From Adineta vaga (lineage: Eukaryota > Animalia > Rotifera): 64,000 bases of DNA. The notes beneath the pieces are model-generated. The model searched no databases. It saw nothing but the letters and a program-made list of their open reading frames with translations, and had not been told where the DNA came from. The translations under genes and the position numbers were made by a program. The DNA lies in the NCBI GenBank assembly GCA_021613535.1, contig CP075496.1, positions 1,674,001 through 1,738,000 on the forward strand, written 5' to 3'. This document shows positions 40,160-52,514 of the stretch, one piece after another (within the stretch, counting starts at the first letter, position 1; every line of letters begins with the position of its first letter).

Positions 40160-40811
40160 TCATTTGAAAAGACGAGCACGTAATTGTTTAATACCATCTA
40201 ATTTTCTTTTCATATTATTTAATTCATAACGATTTTTTAGCTGAAAAGAAAAAAAAAGAAGATATTTGATGTTGATTTAAATAAAGAATATTTACTGCAT
40301 CTGCTTCCATTTGATAAAAACGTGATGCTACACCATCTGAATTTAGAAGCCATTCACGATTTAAATCACTTCGTTCTCGAATATCATAAATTTTATCGGC
40401 ACATTCATCATTCATACGTAAGAATTCTCTTGAAAAACGAACATTTATGAAATATTCATCTATTTACAATCAAATGATTTGTTTTCAACATACTTTCCCG
40501 CTTCAGCTTGATCTTCACATCGCCATGTTGATGGTTTATGATCAACTTTCTTTCCTAATGAATTATAAGTTGAACCAACTTCATTGACATGATTCTTTTC
40601 AAGCCATGCATACTGAAAAGTAACGAATATAAGAAATAGTTCTCAACTAAACACTTGTTTATCTTACTTTATTTTGATATCGATCACGAAATTCTGCACG
40701 TTCACTACCAGTAAATGGAATTAAACTAATATCCAATGAATGTAATGGAGGTGTATAATTTGAATGACGAAGAGAACTGGAGACAGATGAAGAACGATAA
40801 GATGAACGCAT
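40160..40811 (-). CDS. Uncharacterised 158-aa protein
   Basis: Four exons (40668-40811, 40494-40612, 40296-40428, 40160-40240) splice in frame with GT-AG introns, from MRSSYRSSS to ...KQLRARLFK*. Confidence 0.65.
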
Positions 40812-42257
40812 CTCTTTTCCTCTTATTAATACAAAATAAATGTTTCTCTAAAGAAAGAATTGAACATCATTGTCTTTGGAGATAAAAAGAAAAATAAACA
40901 TCACATACATTCAATTATTATTTCGAAGAGATCCTCTTCTTCTTCTTCTTTCTTCTTTCTTTCTTGTCGGATACCAGGAATACCACAAACACCAAGTAAT
41001 CAAACGAAGGCTGTTATGGTGTTTTGGGAACTCTAATTCTTTCTTTTCTTTTCTTCTCTCCCTTTCCTTTTTAGTTCTCAATACCATTGCCAAACAAAAT
41101 CGATTATCCGAAAGATCATATACAAAGAGATGGATAAAGCGAATAAGAAGAAGAAAACGCAGCAATATTCTCAATGATCTTTGCTAACAGATATATTGAG
41201 AATAACAGAAAAGAAATATATTTCTGATCCGAAGAAGGAGATGCTGATTTTCTTCTCCTTTCTTCCTTCTTTCTTCATTATTGTAATATCCATGGACGAT
41301 GATGATTAGGAAACCGCTTGTTATATATGCTTGCCTCATGGCCAGATAAACGACGAGTCAATAATAATAACAGTAACACGTAGACAAAGAGAACAAAAAT
41401 GACTGATGCATTTTCGAATATGCGGTATTCAATCATAATCATCAACGACAATGAAAGGATTATTCAACCATGATTATCTCTTCTTGATCGATTAGTTAAA
41501 TCGATATTTATTGAATATTTTTCTCATGTTAGATTAGTTTTTCTCTAATAAAATACATGATGAATGTGATGTTGATATTCGATCTATTTCTTGACGCCTG
41601 CTGATGTTAGCCGGATGTCATCAAGGTCTTTACGTTTATCTTTCTAGTAAGTGGGAGTATCAATAAGAACGTAGGTGGTTATATATCTGTATCTTGAAAA
41701 CTCTTGTAATCAATCTCTACGATCATATATGTCGACAGACAGCATTCCAACTGTGTTACAACGTGATGTTATTTTTATTATCATTAGAAGTAAATTATTG
41801 TTCGATTGCATAATAACATATAGCTTTGTTTCAAGTACTTGAATATTCTCTTCATTAACTAATTATATAAGAAGATAAATGATATTCATACGTTTTCTTT
41901 TGTGTACGAAAGAGAAGGAGAGAGAATGTAAACAAATTTTGCTTATTCATGTTCTACAATGTCCGTTAATCGACACTTCTTTGACAAATCAATTCGATAT
42001 CTTTCGAAAATTGATATTTATAGTTATTTGATTCGATAGTTCGACAATTCTTAGGTCAATAGTAAACAAGTCAATCTTTATTGCTCTAGTTCGTGTTCTG
42101 TTTTTTTTTGCAATAGAAAAAATCACACAATCGTTACTAAATGCTTATTTATGACTGAAAAAAAAAGAAACTTCTGGTTTAAATAAAATCAGCAAGATTA
42201 ATAAAATCACGACAAAACTTTCACAAAACAACATTCATTGTTAAAGCTATTTTCTTC

Positions 42258-42915
42258 TTAAACTTGATTTTTTAATAAATCACCAAATTTTGTCATAAAT
42301 TTATCGACTTTACTTTTAACAACTGTCGAACAATAACCTTGACTTGGATTTCGACTGAAATAATCTTGATGATATTCTTCAGCTGAATAGAATGGATTAC
42401 TTTCAATTGGCAAAATTTCCGTAATAATTGGTTCTTTATGAACATGTTCATCAGTCAAATGTGCTTTGAACATTTCAGCTTCTTTCTGTTGAACAGGATC
42501 GTGATAAAAAATCACAGAACGATATTGTGTACCTATATCACTACCTTGTCTAAATAGAAACATTAGATTTGATTTTAAATTTCAGAATTAACGAACTGAT
42601 CTTTTGTTGTTGGATCATGAATATTGAAAAAAACATTTAATAATTGTTTGTAAGCAATTGTTTGAGGATCAAATGTTATTTGAATAACTTCAGCATGATT
42701 TGTATTTCCTGTGCACACTTCTTCATACGATGGATTTTCTTTATGACCACCCGCATAACCCGAAACAACTTTTTCGACACCTATTGAAAAAATCTTATTC
42801 ACAATCCAATTCCTATTCAAAATAGTTCTTTACCTTTCAAACGTTGAAAAACAGCTTCAAGACACCAAAAACATCCTCCACCTAATGTTGCTAAACTTTT
42901 CGAATTTGACATCAT
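42258..42915 (-). CDS. msrA: Peptide methionine sulfoxide reductase A, bacterial-type
   Basis: [46 protein letters not shown] and [15 protein letters not shown]. Two short introns. Confidence 0.93.
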
Positions 42916-42986
42916 CTAAAAATCAATCATATATACATTCATATTTCTTCGAATATTCAATCGAAAATAGGATAACAAAATTTTAT

Positions 42987-45086
42987 TCACAAAAACATTG
43001 ATAACGAAGGATCTTTTGAAATCCATCCAGTTGCATAATAAAGTTCAAATCCACGAAACATTTGATATTTACATTGTTGATAGATAAGTGACGTTTGTTT
43101 CATTTGATAATAATTCTTCTGATCAGTCGATTGAATCATTTTATATAATTGAAACAGTTCCTTTTTACATAGACGAGAAACTTCGTTATTGGGTCTAATG
43201 AAGAGAAGAAAAAAACACACGCATAAGAAAGTTTCTTCGAAGAGAACAAATATTTCCTACATACTTCCGTCTTCCCGTTGATGGTTCAATTAATTCAATC
43301 GTTCGATCACGAAGATTCCAATTAAGACTATTGTAAGAATTATTATTTCGATTGATTTCTTCTTTCCATTTCAATCTTGTATGTCCTATACGAGGATGAT
43401 TTAAACGATAAGATTCGGGTAACATATTTGAATGAAAATAATCTTGTAATCGACAACATAAGGCACGACATATATGACCATAATGAAATGGAAAACCTAT
43501 TGAAAAATAATAAATATTATTATTAAAGAAACTTATCAAACGATTATCTACCGATTGTTATCGAATATAAATAAATCGGTTGAATTAGATGTGAAAGGAG
43601 TGCACCTTGAATTCCAAGTACATTCCAACGAAAGATTTTATCAGAACATGACATATGTCTTACATGTTTACCATTAGCTATGGCATCGAGAGAAAGAATA
43701 CTACTTTTCGGATCCGTAGGAATTGTTCCTTCACCTAAAGAAATCATTTGACTATTAAGAAGGAATGAAGATTGATTTAACAAACCATTTTCAATTTTTG
43801 ATCGAAGTTGACCTTGAGTACGTGCGGTACGATAACATTCATGTTCATCTTTAATTGATGCTTCAATAATTTTATCTCTTGGAGAGAATAATGCAGAATC
43901 TCCACATGGAGCAAATGATGTATAAAAATGAATACGAATTGTTGATTTTAATATTAATTTATCCTCATGACTTTTTTCAAATATTGATTCTTGATTTTGA
44001 TTAAAACAATCAATTTGTTCGTATATAAATCTATACAACAACAAATAATAATTGACATCAATTATTTTGTAACAAACCTGAGAAATCCTCGACGTGCTAA
44101 TTGTTCAGCATGACTATCATGAACAACTAATCCTTGTGAAGATAATACTGAACCACCAACACATTTATTACCTACATAATCGTATATGAAATTGTTATAA
44201 TTAACATCGAATTGCAACACTGAGATATATTCGAAGAGTAATGAAAATAGGAGAAAAGAGAAAATAGAATTTTTTTTCTCTCAAATAATCTATTATCTCG
44301 ATTTAGAATAGAATAATGAAACTGACATTTGCTTTTGGGTAGAATTTTCAGCCTCACCGCCTCACTAGAAATGATTACATGGTCTCATTCTTCTATTTAT
44401 AATGACAAAAGTGTGACATATTTGTTCTCTTTCGTTCTCCGGAAACGGAACTGCATCTTCTAGTTATATACTTCTTTTCATACCTGTTGCTAAACTAATA
44501 ACACTAAACGTTTGTTCATTACATTGTTCTAGAACAAAACCAGCAAGAACTTTACAACCAATCAATTCTAATTGCACACTAACACATAGATCACGATATT
44601 TTGATAAAATTTCCGATGCAATTCGATCAAATAATGTACAATCTTTATCTAAATTGAATCTCTACAATACAAAGAAAACATTCATTTTCTTTTGTTGATC
44701 ATCGAATATTTGTTTTTACTTGATTTTGTCTTGCATCTAAACTTAATTGATAGAGAACTTTATATGCAGCTTGTATTGATGCTTCACGTTTTGTCGAGGC
44801 GAATTCTGCTGGAAATTGTCGATCATTCAAAAGTACTGCTATAGCAAAACTAGAATTGATTTACAGTATATTCAAAAAGAAAATGTTCATTACTCACTTA
44901 CTTTGGTTGATGACTTTGTCCTGATTGACTAATCATTTGAAATAGTAAATTTTGTCCATTTAATTGTGCATATTCATTTAATAATGAAAGACAATTCTTG
45001 GAAAGAAGTGTCAATGATGGATCTAATTTGAATTCTTCTATAAAATCATCATAGGATTGTTCAATTGTCTGAAGATTGCCTGACAT
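42987..45086 (-). CDS. ADAR/ADAD-family adenosine deaminase with one dsRNA-binding motif
   Basis: dsRBM ([12 protein letters not shown]...GQSHQPKF...[15 protein letters not shown]) and deaminase motifs [25 protein letters not shown] and [21 protein letters not shown]. Confidence 0.88.
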
Positions 45087-45688
45087 CTAAATTATTGAAT
45101 AGGATCAAACGAATTCCTTCATACCTGAACGATTGTTTAGATAGGAAAGACATGAGAAATATCTAATGTCAGTATAGAGAAGTTATGAGTTTCTTTTAAT
45201 TAAAATGAAAACGAAATAATAAAATCTAAAAAATGAATTTTTCTGTTCTTTATATTATCTAATTCGAAGATAATAAATACATTTATTATTTTTTCTAGAT
45301 GAGTATTTTCCATAAACAAATAAAATACTAGACAGAGATTAAAAGATAATAGAACGTAAGTTTTGTCATTGAGAAACCGTTTTTGCCCAAAATACAATTA
45401 AGAATGAAAAATAGAGATTTGTTCGCTAAAAGAAAAGTACACTGTTATAGAGAGAAGAAAGAAAAGCGTAAATACATAAGAAGAAAATGCTTTCAAGAAT
45501 AATAGATCAACCGAGATAGAATAAATTTGTATCAGACAATTCGTTAAAATCGAATGTATTGGTATAGAGATAGATGGAATGTTAAATTAAAGAATAAAAT
45601 TGCAATGGACGGAGTCCAAATAAAAAACAAATTCATGATCTTATTCACCGGAGAAACGTAAAAAGGATGAAAGAGAGATATTTGTCTA

Positions 45689-46659
45689 TCATCTTGATAT
45701 CTTGGAAAAACTTCTGGGTAAAGATCTTTGTTGTAGAAGATTCTGATTTGATCGTTGTGAACCATCATCACTTCGAATAGATAAATGATTGAAATAATAT
45801 GGACGTATATTTGATTCATTGAAATGATATTGACTTGACGTATTACCATTATGTTGATGATGTTCTTTATCAAATATTCGTCGACGATATTCTTCTTTGA
45901 CACGTGCAGATTGAGAATAAAGTTTTTCAAAAATTAAATGCAAATCATTGGGTCGGAAAAGTTTGATCAATAAAGCTTCGATAACAATATATACAAATCG
46001 ACGATTTAACGTTTCATTTTGTAATAATTCAAATAAACGTAATAAACCACGACGAGTTGTTTCACTACCAATAATATGACGAAGTTCATCTAAACAATTT
46101 CATTTTATTTCTATTTTTAAAATTCACTGAATTTTCATTACCAGAAACAATACCAAGTAGTTTTGATTTGCATAGAACTTGAGTTATATTACGAACATTT
46201 GCATCACGTTCAGGAGCCTTATCAGCTAATATTCCATTTGGCCAAAAATCATCTTTCAAACGTGTAATTTCTTTTGCAATTTTTGGTGCTGACGTCCAAT
46301 GTTGTACAAATACTGCTATGCGTCTAAAATACATTAACAAAAGAAAGTCAAATGATACAAAAAGATCTCTCAATCGAAACATACCGATTAACTGAATCAC
46401 CCATAAATGCTCGTAGAAATCGTTTTAATATTGAAACAAATCTCGATCGAAACCACATATTTTTCTGTTTTAAATCAAATACTTCATCCATAATCACAAG
46501 TAGAACACGAAGAGGAATATTTTTACTATTCTATTCAAACAAACAAACAACATTTGAATCATTTGTCATTCTTATATAAACAAATCAAATTACTTCAACT
46601 TGAGGTTCTTCAACAATTGGAAATGTTTGTAAATCTCGTGTTAATTGAATACTATAACG

Positions 46660-46690
<31 letters not shown>

Positions 46691-49600
46691 GTAGTCGAAT
46701 TTGTTCGAAAAATTCTTCCAGCATTTTCCACAACACTATCCGAAACACTTGTCAATCCATCACCAATCTTCGAAACACCTCTAACAACATTGCTCGGGAA
46801 TGATGAAACACCTTTTGCTAAATCTCTTGATGCTTCTTTAAACGGTTTAACGAATGTGTCCATCTAAACAGAGAGACAATAGGTAAAAAAAAACATGAAA
46901 CTACGTGAGAGAAAACATGAAGTGTGCAAAACAAAAACAACAATGTTCTCTAAATGATCGGTGAACAATATAGAATTGTTAGGGAGTTTTTAATAAACAA
47001 ACCGTTGATGCAAAAAGATCCTAGAAGAAAATAATAGATATGCTTTTGTTTCTTCAAGGGATAAATCATATATGGGAATAACTAACACCACAAATCAAGA
47101 TCGATGTAAAAATTGATAAAATCATATATCATGAATTTACCTTGCGAATTAATTCTGTTTGTTCATGTTTCCATTGTTGATTTCGTAGGAATTTCAAAAG
47201 AAGATCACCAAGATACGGATGAGATTGTAATATTCGAGTTTGTGTTAAAATCTACAATTGAAACAAATACTTCTCATCTATCGAAAGAACGTTTTTGTTT
47301 TCACTTACAGAAAGATAATCATTCAATTCTTTTTGTCGTTTTAATCGAACTTCTGAACTTGTATTATTAATCAGACTTTTACCCGGTAAACGAGCAATAT
47401 TACGTAAATCTGGATATCGTTTTCGAATTGTTATATCTAAATCATTAAATTCACTAAATCGTCGATACGTTATCCATTCACGTTTTTGATCGCTAACATT
47501 AACTCCATGAGAATTCAACGGTTTACATAAAACAGATATAACATAGATTGCATATTTTTCACCTTTCTCACAACATACACCTAAAAAGAAAACATTTCAT
47601 TCGTAGATGAATTCAATTGCGATTTTTCTTCTACCCGAATCATTTATTTCAGTTGCAATTGAATAATTCTGAATGTTATCTAACATATCTGATACTGCAT
47701 TTGACGGGCTATGATGATCTGTATAATCACCTGAAATCTCATTGCTATTGTTACTTGATATGGATATAGCGTCTATATTTTTCAGAATAGAATAAAAAAA
47801 TTCAAGAACAAATAACAAACAAACCGGAATTATCAGTTAATGAATCATTGAAATCAAATTCAGTTAGAACTTTTAAATACTGTGGTGTAGTTTTAAATTG
47901 TCCATAATAACGATCGGAAGAGAGAATTTCAAAAACCTATTCAATCATGAATTAATCAAAAAAAGAAAAGAAAAGAACGACATACTTTTGCTTGTAATTC
48001 ATCAAGAAATGTTTCATCAATTGCTTCACTTTTCAAAGCTTTTAACATTTTATCAATAAGTTTTTCATCCATCGATAATCGAAATGTTCCCTAAACAATA
48101 AAAAGTAAATGTCAATTATTTTCTTAAATAATTCAAATATCTCAACCGTTGGAAGAAAATATTGTTCAATTAAATCATGTGCCATATTTCGAAGAACTTC
48201 GAGATTTGATGAATGATGATTATGTGTATTAGTTTCATTCTGTTGTTGATGAACAGATAATCCCGCACAACGAAATGCCTGAAATGTAGATAATAATATT
48301 CAAGATTTGATTAGATTTAAGTGTACACACTTCAGCATTAAGATAGAAATTTGCATAACCAACAGCATCGATTGTTTGAAGAAATTCTAGAAATTGAAAA
48401 CAAAAAAAAATTTAGTTAGTTATTTGAATATGATGATAAATTTACTTAGAAAATAATCTAAACCATTACAATTATTCAAGATTTCAGTTAATGGTAAATC
48501 ATGATAGGGAACTTTCGATAAAAGTTCATCATCATCCTAAGAAAAAACGAAATTTTCTCTATCAATAATCGATTCTAGTATTTAATACATACAAATGTCG
48601 TTGTTGGTGCTTGTTTTTCTAATCTTTCTAGAAGTAATTTTTTCAAATATTGATAACTATTCAATGTTGCTCGAATATCTGCATCTAAACACTCAAAATT
48701 TTATTAAAACGAGACAATTATTTTTTTTCTTGTTAATTACCATTTTCTCCTCCGGTATCTTTTGCACGCCATCGATTTATTTCAATATCAATGCGTTCAT
48801 TTAATGTGATTAATTCTGTACGGGAATCTGTTGTACGAGCAACCAAAAGAAAATTATCAATTGTTAATGGAATTTGTTGACACTAAAGAGAAATGTTTTC
48901 GATCATCTTTCATGTTCTACGTGTTTGCCTCACCATTTTAATAATTAATTGATTGATCGCATCTGGATCTGAATACATATCAATGAAAGGAACGAGTCCT
49001 AAGTTAATAACCACTTCCTTCAAAGATAAAATCGTTCATTGATTTCGATAAATATTCAATCGTACATACTCGGATTAACATTCGAGCAGGTGTACAACGA
49101 AATTCATGTGCAGGTAATAGAATATAGATTAAAACTTCGACAATATCACGAAGAAATTCTATGAAAGAAAAGTTGTTGTTTTTTTGTTTGAAAAGAATGT
49201 TATAAAATACCTTTTTCTTTCTCTTTGTCGATACAAACTTCATCTCGACAGATTCCTCGTTCATATTCAGCTTCCACATCGAAAAAACATGCACTTATAT
49301 CAGTCGATTGTTCTGCTCTCATACGTTCTTTTGCATTTCGATATAATCGAACATGTGTTGCAAAACTATCAACAATCGTTCCCGTACAAAAATCTAACCA
49401 ATCAATTTCTCGCAATCTGAAAAGAAGAAAAAAACATCTCTTCTCAATTCTATATCAATCTCATTAACTAACCTTTCAGCTAAATGTCGTATTGTTATAT
49501 AAATTCCATTTTTAAAATCATGTATAAACGATTCATCAGAACTGATTTGAGTTTTATACCAAATCTCGACATAATCACGAATAAATAAATCAATAGCCTG

Positions 49601-50078
49601 AAAGATTAATAACTAATGAAGTAGAGAAAGAAAAAGAGAAGCATCAATGTTCATACTTCATAGAGTGGCTCGTCAATAACAGGTATTCCTGTTAATGTAG
49701 GACGATCATTTGAATGTGATGATGAGTCACAATTATCACCATCGATCTTTACAAATGGAGAAAAAAAAGAATACATGTATAACAAATTACTTCTCTCAAA
49801 TGGGTAAATATCATTACATGTGTCACTAATTTTCGTTTTTTAAACGATGTTTTAATCGTTCGTTGTATGTCATTTGATTTAATCCATTGAAATTTATGAA
49901 AAATCAAATGAATTAAAAAACTAGAATAAAATTAGAATAGAATTTCCGTAAAAGACAAATCAACCAACCCGAAAACGAACGTCGCAAAAAAACAAATCCA
50001 ATAGAATATCGTTCGAAATCCAAGAATTCCCAGAAGAAGAAGACATGCACCGGTGATGATTAAATATTTGGAAATCAT
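45689..50078 (-). CDS. SNX13: Sorting nexin-13 (TM-PXA-RGS-PX-Nexin_C)
   Basis: Hydrophobic N-terminus, PXA (IDLFIRDYVEIWY, DSFATHVRLYR), RGS region, PX (WITYRRFSEFNDL), RK|MDTFV, and Nexin_C (FWPNGILA, LNRRFVY). Confidence 0.9.
46660..46689 (-). repeat. Coding (AAT)10 repeat giving poly-Asn in SNX13
   Basis: (ATT)10 on the plus strand; N10 in the ORF translation. Confidence 0.85.
47003..47020 (-). other. Predicted 18-nt microexon in SNX13 (DLFAST)
   Basis: Minus strand TTTTCTTCTAG|GATCTTTTTGCATCAACG|GTTTGT, phase 0-0, between the exons ending ...ELIRK and starting MDTFV. Confidence 0.55.
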
Positions 50079-50275
50079 CAGATAATCTGCAGAAAAAAAA
50101 CTTCTCGCTGAAAGAAAAAGTTTTTATTTTGTAAACACACAATATCAAACTTTCAACTTCATTGGTTCATTTTTTAAACAATCAATAATTCATCTATAGA
50201 TTGAGCTACATTCTTCTTATTTATCTAATGGATTGATGATAAAACGTTCGTCATTCTTTCGTTTTTTTTCTTCAA
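50079..50275. promoter_or_regulatory. Putative bidirectional promoter between SNX13 and TBC1D20
   Basis: Divergent start codons only 197 nt apart. Confidence 0.45.
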
Positions 50276-51859
50276 ATGGGAACAATAAATAATGAAAACA
50301 ATCCGTTAATTATTGATCAATTGAAAACATTATTTGACCGTCATCTTAAGAAAAATGAACTCGAAAAAAAACTTATTTCTTATGCAAAAAAAACCGGTTT
50401 CATAAATAATATATATCGTAAACAAGCGTGGAAAGTGTTAATTAATTCATCGGACAATGAACATTATTCTTCAGGTTAGTTTGTGATCTCATCAATTGGA
50501 TTTTGTTGATGTTCGAAGTATTTTTAGACAAAAAACAATTGGAATCACATCAATATTTTGAACAAACAAAATTAGATGTTATTCGAACATTGAAACGATT
50601 TCCTCCAAGTAGAAATATACGATTGAATTGATAAGAAAACAATCGATTGTTATTTTTCACTTTTCTAGATTATACCGAATCGGAAAGAAGTGAATTACAA
50701 GATGAATTAATTGTTATTATTACAAAAATTCTTGTTAAACATCCAGAATTACATTATTATCAAGTAAATTATTTATTTCAAGACAAATTTTCATTACAAA
50801 AATGAATGATTCACTTTCTAGGGTTATCATGATATATGTTTAACATTTCTACTTGTCCTTGGCAATGATTCATGTCTTTCAATAATGGATTCAATTACAA
50901 TATCACATCTAAAGTATGACTTCATTAAATATACACATAAGTTTTTGATAGATGGATATCTATTTCGATAGTTTATCTTTAATTATCCGAAACAGATTCA
51001 GGATGATCAATATAATGAACTAAATCTTTAGATATTTCATGGAACCAACAATGGAAAAAACACGTGATTCATTATCATATTTATTGCCATTGATTAATTG
51101 TATTAATAGTGAATGTGCAGAATACATGGAAAGGTAGAAAATTATTTTCTTTATTCAATCGAATTTTATTGATTATTTAGAGGTGGTGTTGGACATGTAA
51201 TATTTGCTCTGCCATGGTTTATCACTTGGTATTCTCATGTATTAGATGATCTTGATATTATTCTTCGACTTTATGATCTGTTTATTGTCTCCGATTATCT
51301 TATGCCACTTTATATTGCAGCAGAAGTAAATCAAATCGAATTCTTTGTCTAAACATGTGATTTTTTTAATTTCTTTAAATTTAGATTGTAAATTATTATG
51401 GTGATGAAGTTTTATCGAAAGATTGTGATATGGCTAATTTACATCAGTATTTATCCTATTTACCAATTGAAATTAGTGGTGAAACTTGGGAAAAAATCAT
51501 TGAACGTGCTTTATATTTAATAAAAATACATCCGCCAGAAACATTGGATAGTTTACATACTGAATGGAAGATTAAATGGTAACTAATTCTTGTTAAATCA
51601 AAAGAAAATTTCATTTTTTTTTCATTATCTATTCAGTGAATATATTGAAAAATCTCCAAATCAATTTTATGTTCCACGACGTAAGAATAATATGAAGACG
51701 AATAATGAAAAGATTTTAGTCAAACAATCACATATATTATCACGTGTGATGTTGTGGAGTGTTACTTTTGCAGTCGGTGGTGTATTAATTTATCTTTGGA
51801 ATCAATCTTCAACAATGGATTTGAATAAATTTATTAATCTTGGAGATTTATATCGTTAA
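50276..51859 (+). CDS. TBC1D20: TBC1 domain family member 20 (Rab GAP)
   Basis: QTKLDVIRTLKRFPP, LHYYQGYHDI, FALPWFITWYSH, LRLYDLF and CDMANLH, with a C-terminal TM segment. Confidence 0.9.
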
Positions 51860-52514
51860 TAATAACTTTTTTTTTCTTTTTGTTTCTATTTTACATTCCT
51901 ATTAAACGCTAGTCGAGTTGTTAAGTTTTAAAAAAGGAAATCAAGCATATTCATTTCTCAGTTTTTCCTTTATTTTTTAGATGATTGAATGAAAATCAAA
52001 CAATTGGTAAGTTAACATATCGAATATATTTCATCATTCACCATGAATAATTGGAGTTTGAAAAATGAATTCTCAGCACAGAATTTGTATCCTTTTGCTA
52101 AGTATCTAATCTCTTCAAGCTTTTTTAACCTCATTAAAATGGAATTTCCTGAGTGCAGAATGATATTTTTAGACACGACAGTAGAACATGAGTTAATTTA
52201 ATAAAAGAAAGAGTAGAATTCATTTATAATGTAAATCGAGAAATGATTTCCTCCTTATTATATCGTAGTTATTGTTATTAATATGTAATTATCCAACAAA
52301 TGACTACTAATCGATTAGATTCTATGAGATAATGACAAGTCATTTAATACGAGACTGAAATAAACATCGACGTCATACGATTAGTAAATATTAACTTCAC
52401 ATGTTTGAGAAATTCAATCATCAATTGATTTATTTGACATTCTCTCATTTTCTTTTTAGATATAAACCATTCGTGATGTTTTACTAAGAAGCTAATCCAT
52501 CTTTTGTCTCAATA

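Noticed and set aside
41590-41625. Imperfect GC-richer hairpin downstream of msrA, considered as a SECIS element or miRNA
   Set aside because: No GA/GA quartet, msrA has no in-frame UGA, and the stem is too short and imperfect for a pre-miRNA.
44340-44400. Possible intronic C/D snoRNA in the ADAR-like gene
   Set aside because: A CTGA is present but there is no proper RTGATGA C box and no recognisable rRNA guide.
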